From: Escherichia coli O157 typing phage 9
Reading direction: 5' to 3' (one strand)
Length of the DNA: 43,991 bases
Sequence record: KP869107
The notes under the pieces: generated by a model
The model's database searches: none
What the model saw: the letters and a program-made list of their open reading frames with translations, nothing else
What the model was told of the DNA's origin: nothing
Position numbers and translations under genes: made by a program
Part shown: positions 42,559 through 43,991 of the stretch, piece after piece
Numbering within the stretch: the stretch's first letter is position 1
Layout: each line of letters opens with the position of its first letter

Positions 42559-43991
42559 GAGCCATCCAGTGTGTGGTTCTGCGTTTATCCGTTTTCTGTT
42601 TTACCCTCACCGGCATTCTGGCGCGCATCTCCTGGGCAATCATGTAGCTCATGAGCTGATCATCAAAGCAGCCTTCCTGTGCATTCATGGAGCCTTTCGC
42701 GTCATAAACGTAGGTGTTCATTTCCGATAATGTGCCTGACCAGCGGATCCCTGATATTCCATTATTCAGAAGCGTTTTCATTCCTTCGGTCAGAACAGGT
42801 TTGCTCTGACGGGTTGTCAGCCAGCCAAGGCGGGGCGTATCGTCGTCATATGCCTGGTCAAGATGCTGTTCGTTGTAGATATAACGTGTCGGATAGAGTT
42901 CCCGGAGTTTCAGGATAACTGCATGTCCGTGATTATTACGCTCCGGCCCCACAAACGCGTTGTTATACATACGACAGACCTGCGAAATGAGATGAGCAAA
43001 AAGTTCAGCATCGAGATGCCCGAACCAGTGAGCCACCTGCTCGCCATTACTGCGTTTGACAACATCCAGCGATGAGCGGTCTCCGTGCTCCAGCCCTTCG
43101 GCAGTATCTGCCCCANNNNNNNNNNNNNNNNNNNNNNNNNNNNNNNNNNNNNNNNNNNNNNNNNNNNNNNNNNNNNNNNNNNNNNNNNNNNNNNNNNNNN
43201 NNNNNNNNNNNNNNNNNNNNNNNNNNNNNNNNNNNNNNNNNNNNNNNNNNNNNNNNNNNNNNNNNNNNNNNNNNNNNNNNNNNNNNNNNNNNNNNNNNNN
43301 NNNNNNNNNNNNNNNNNNNNNNNNNNNNNNNNNNNNNNNNNNNNNNNNNNNNNNNNNTGTTCATCAGTAAGCGTGATGTTCATTGCCTTCTCAACCGCAG
43401 AAAAATACGTCATTTTTTCCCGTGACAGCTTCAGCCCGCTTTCCGGCACTCTGGCGCTGTATTTAGGATCCTGCCACCAGGCGTAAAAATGGAATTTATA
43501 ATCCTGTGCCGTCAGCAATAAGCCTGATGCAGTGATCTCCTGTGCTCGGTTACTCATCTCGTAAAAATCACCACCCACGCCTTCAGCAGTGGACTCATCA
43601 AAAATAATGCATTCATCAGAGACGGCATTAAGCGTACCGGTTCGCAGTTCTTTCGCCTTAGCCGGATATTTCGCGCAAATTTTGCCGTGCTCTGAGATAT
43701 GCAGGCGCTGCACCGTACCTGAACGGAATGAGGTTGCCACCTGGATACTCGAGCCGTGACCAAACAGGATATAGCCACCGCTGGCACCGCTACGACGTTC
43801 AACGATGGTGAATGAGGCTCTCAGCCAGTCAGGGAGATGATCAAACGGTACAGCAATTTTTGTGCGGAAAATTTCACTGGCAGCCTGTTTATCCTGAGCG
43901 ACGATCCCGCATTTGAGATGCGGAATGAATAATGCCTGGTCGAGAAGATAAATATCAATGGCTGTGGAAAATCCCAGCTGGCGCGCTTTCA
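42559..43991 (-). CDS. Terminase large subunit, P22-type; N-terminus beyond the window end, interrupted by an N run
   Basis: Minus-strand frame from the window end: ...ILFGHGSSIQVATSFRSGTVQRLHISEHGKICAKYPAKAKELRTGTLNAVSDECIIFDESTAEG...; after the gap ...VAHWFGHLDAELF...DDQLMSYMIAQEMRARMP (nuclease-domain-like). Confidence 0.55.
43116..43357. other. Run of 242 N inside the terminase gene
   Basis: Read directly. Confidence 1.

Noticed and set aside
41030-43036. Single 668-aa ORF
   Set aside because: An artefact of translating through N runs: it concatenates the C-terminus of the terminase large subunit, 222 N, and the N-terminal part of the portal.
39264-43486. Numerous ORFs whose translations are mostly X (for example 39264-39584, 40283-40552, 43047-43486)
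   Set aside because: They exist only because N runs contain no stop codons; no sequence evidence.

Overview
The window is almost entirely bacteriophage DNA. Positions 1-39092 read as one complete, circularly permuted unit of a temperate podovirus with epsilon15/phiV10-like (Uetakevirus-type) organisation. It carries: a lambdoid immunity/replication module (double-HTH repressor, Cro-like gene, O-like initiator with ori iterons inside its own coding sequence, P-like helicase loader); a recombination/integration module (PD-(D/E)XK nuclease fused to a RecT/Bet annealase, AlpA/Xis-like, adenine methylase, tyrosine integrase); a lysis cassette with embedded Rz1; an AT-rich acyltransferase moron; a tailspike; a LexA-box/Bro-N antirepressor module; T7-like virion genes; a tRNA-Arg(TCT); and terminase small and large subunits. 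Positions 39093-39374 repeat positions 1-270 with one extra 12-bp unit. After a run of N, the last ~4.6 kb is a fragment of a different, P22-type head/packaging module (scaffold-like, portal, terminase large), itself broken by four more N runs. No host chromosomal genes, rRNA or CRISPR arrays were recognised. I did not identify a single clearly novel system; the strongest leads are a 15-bp palindrome TTACC-N5-GGTAA at 13 or more intergenic sites, a near-consensus LexA box in front of a small ORF and antirepressor paired with a repressor lacking a cleavage domain, the single-polypeptide nuclease-annealase fusion, and a chain of four translationally coupled micro-ORFs. All family assignments are from reading the translations by eye; no database search was run. 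The ORF track accepts GTG/TTG starts, so several start coordinates are approximate.
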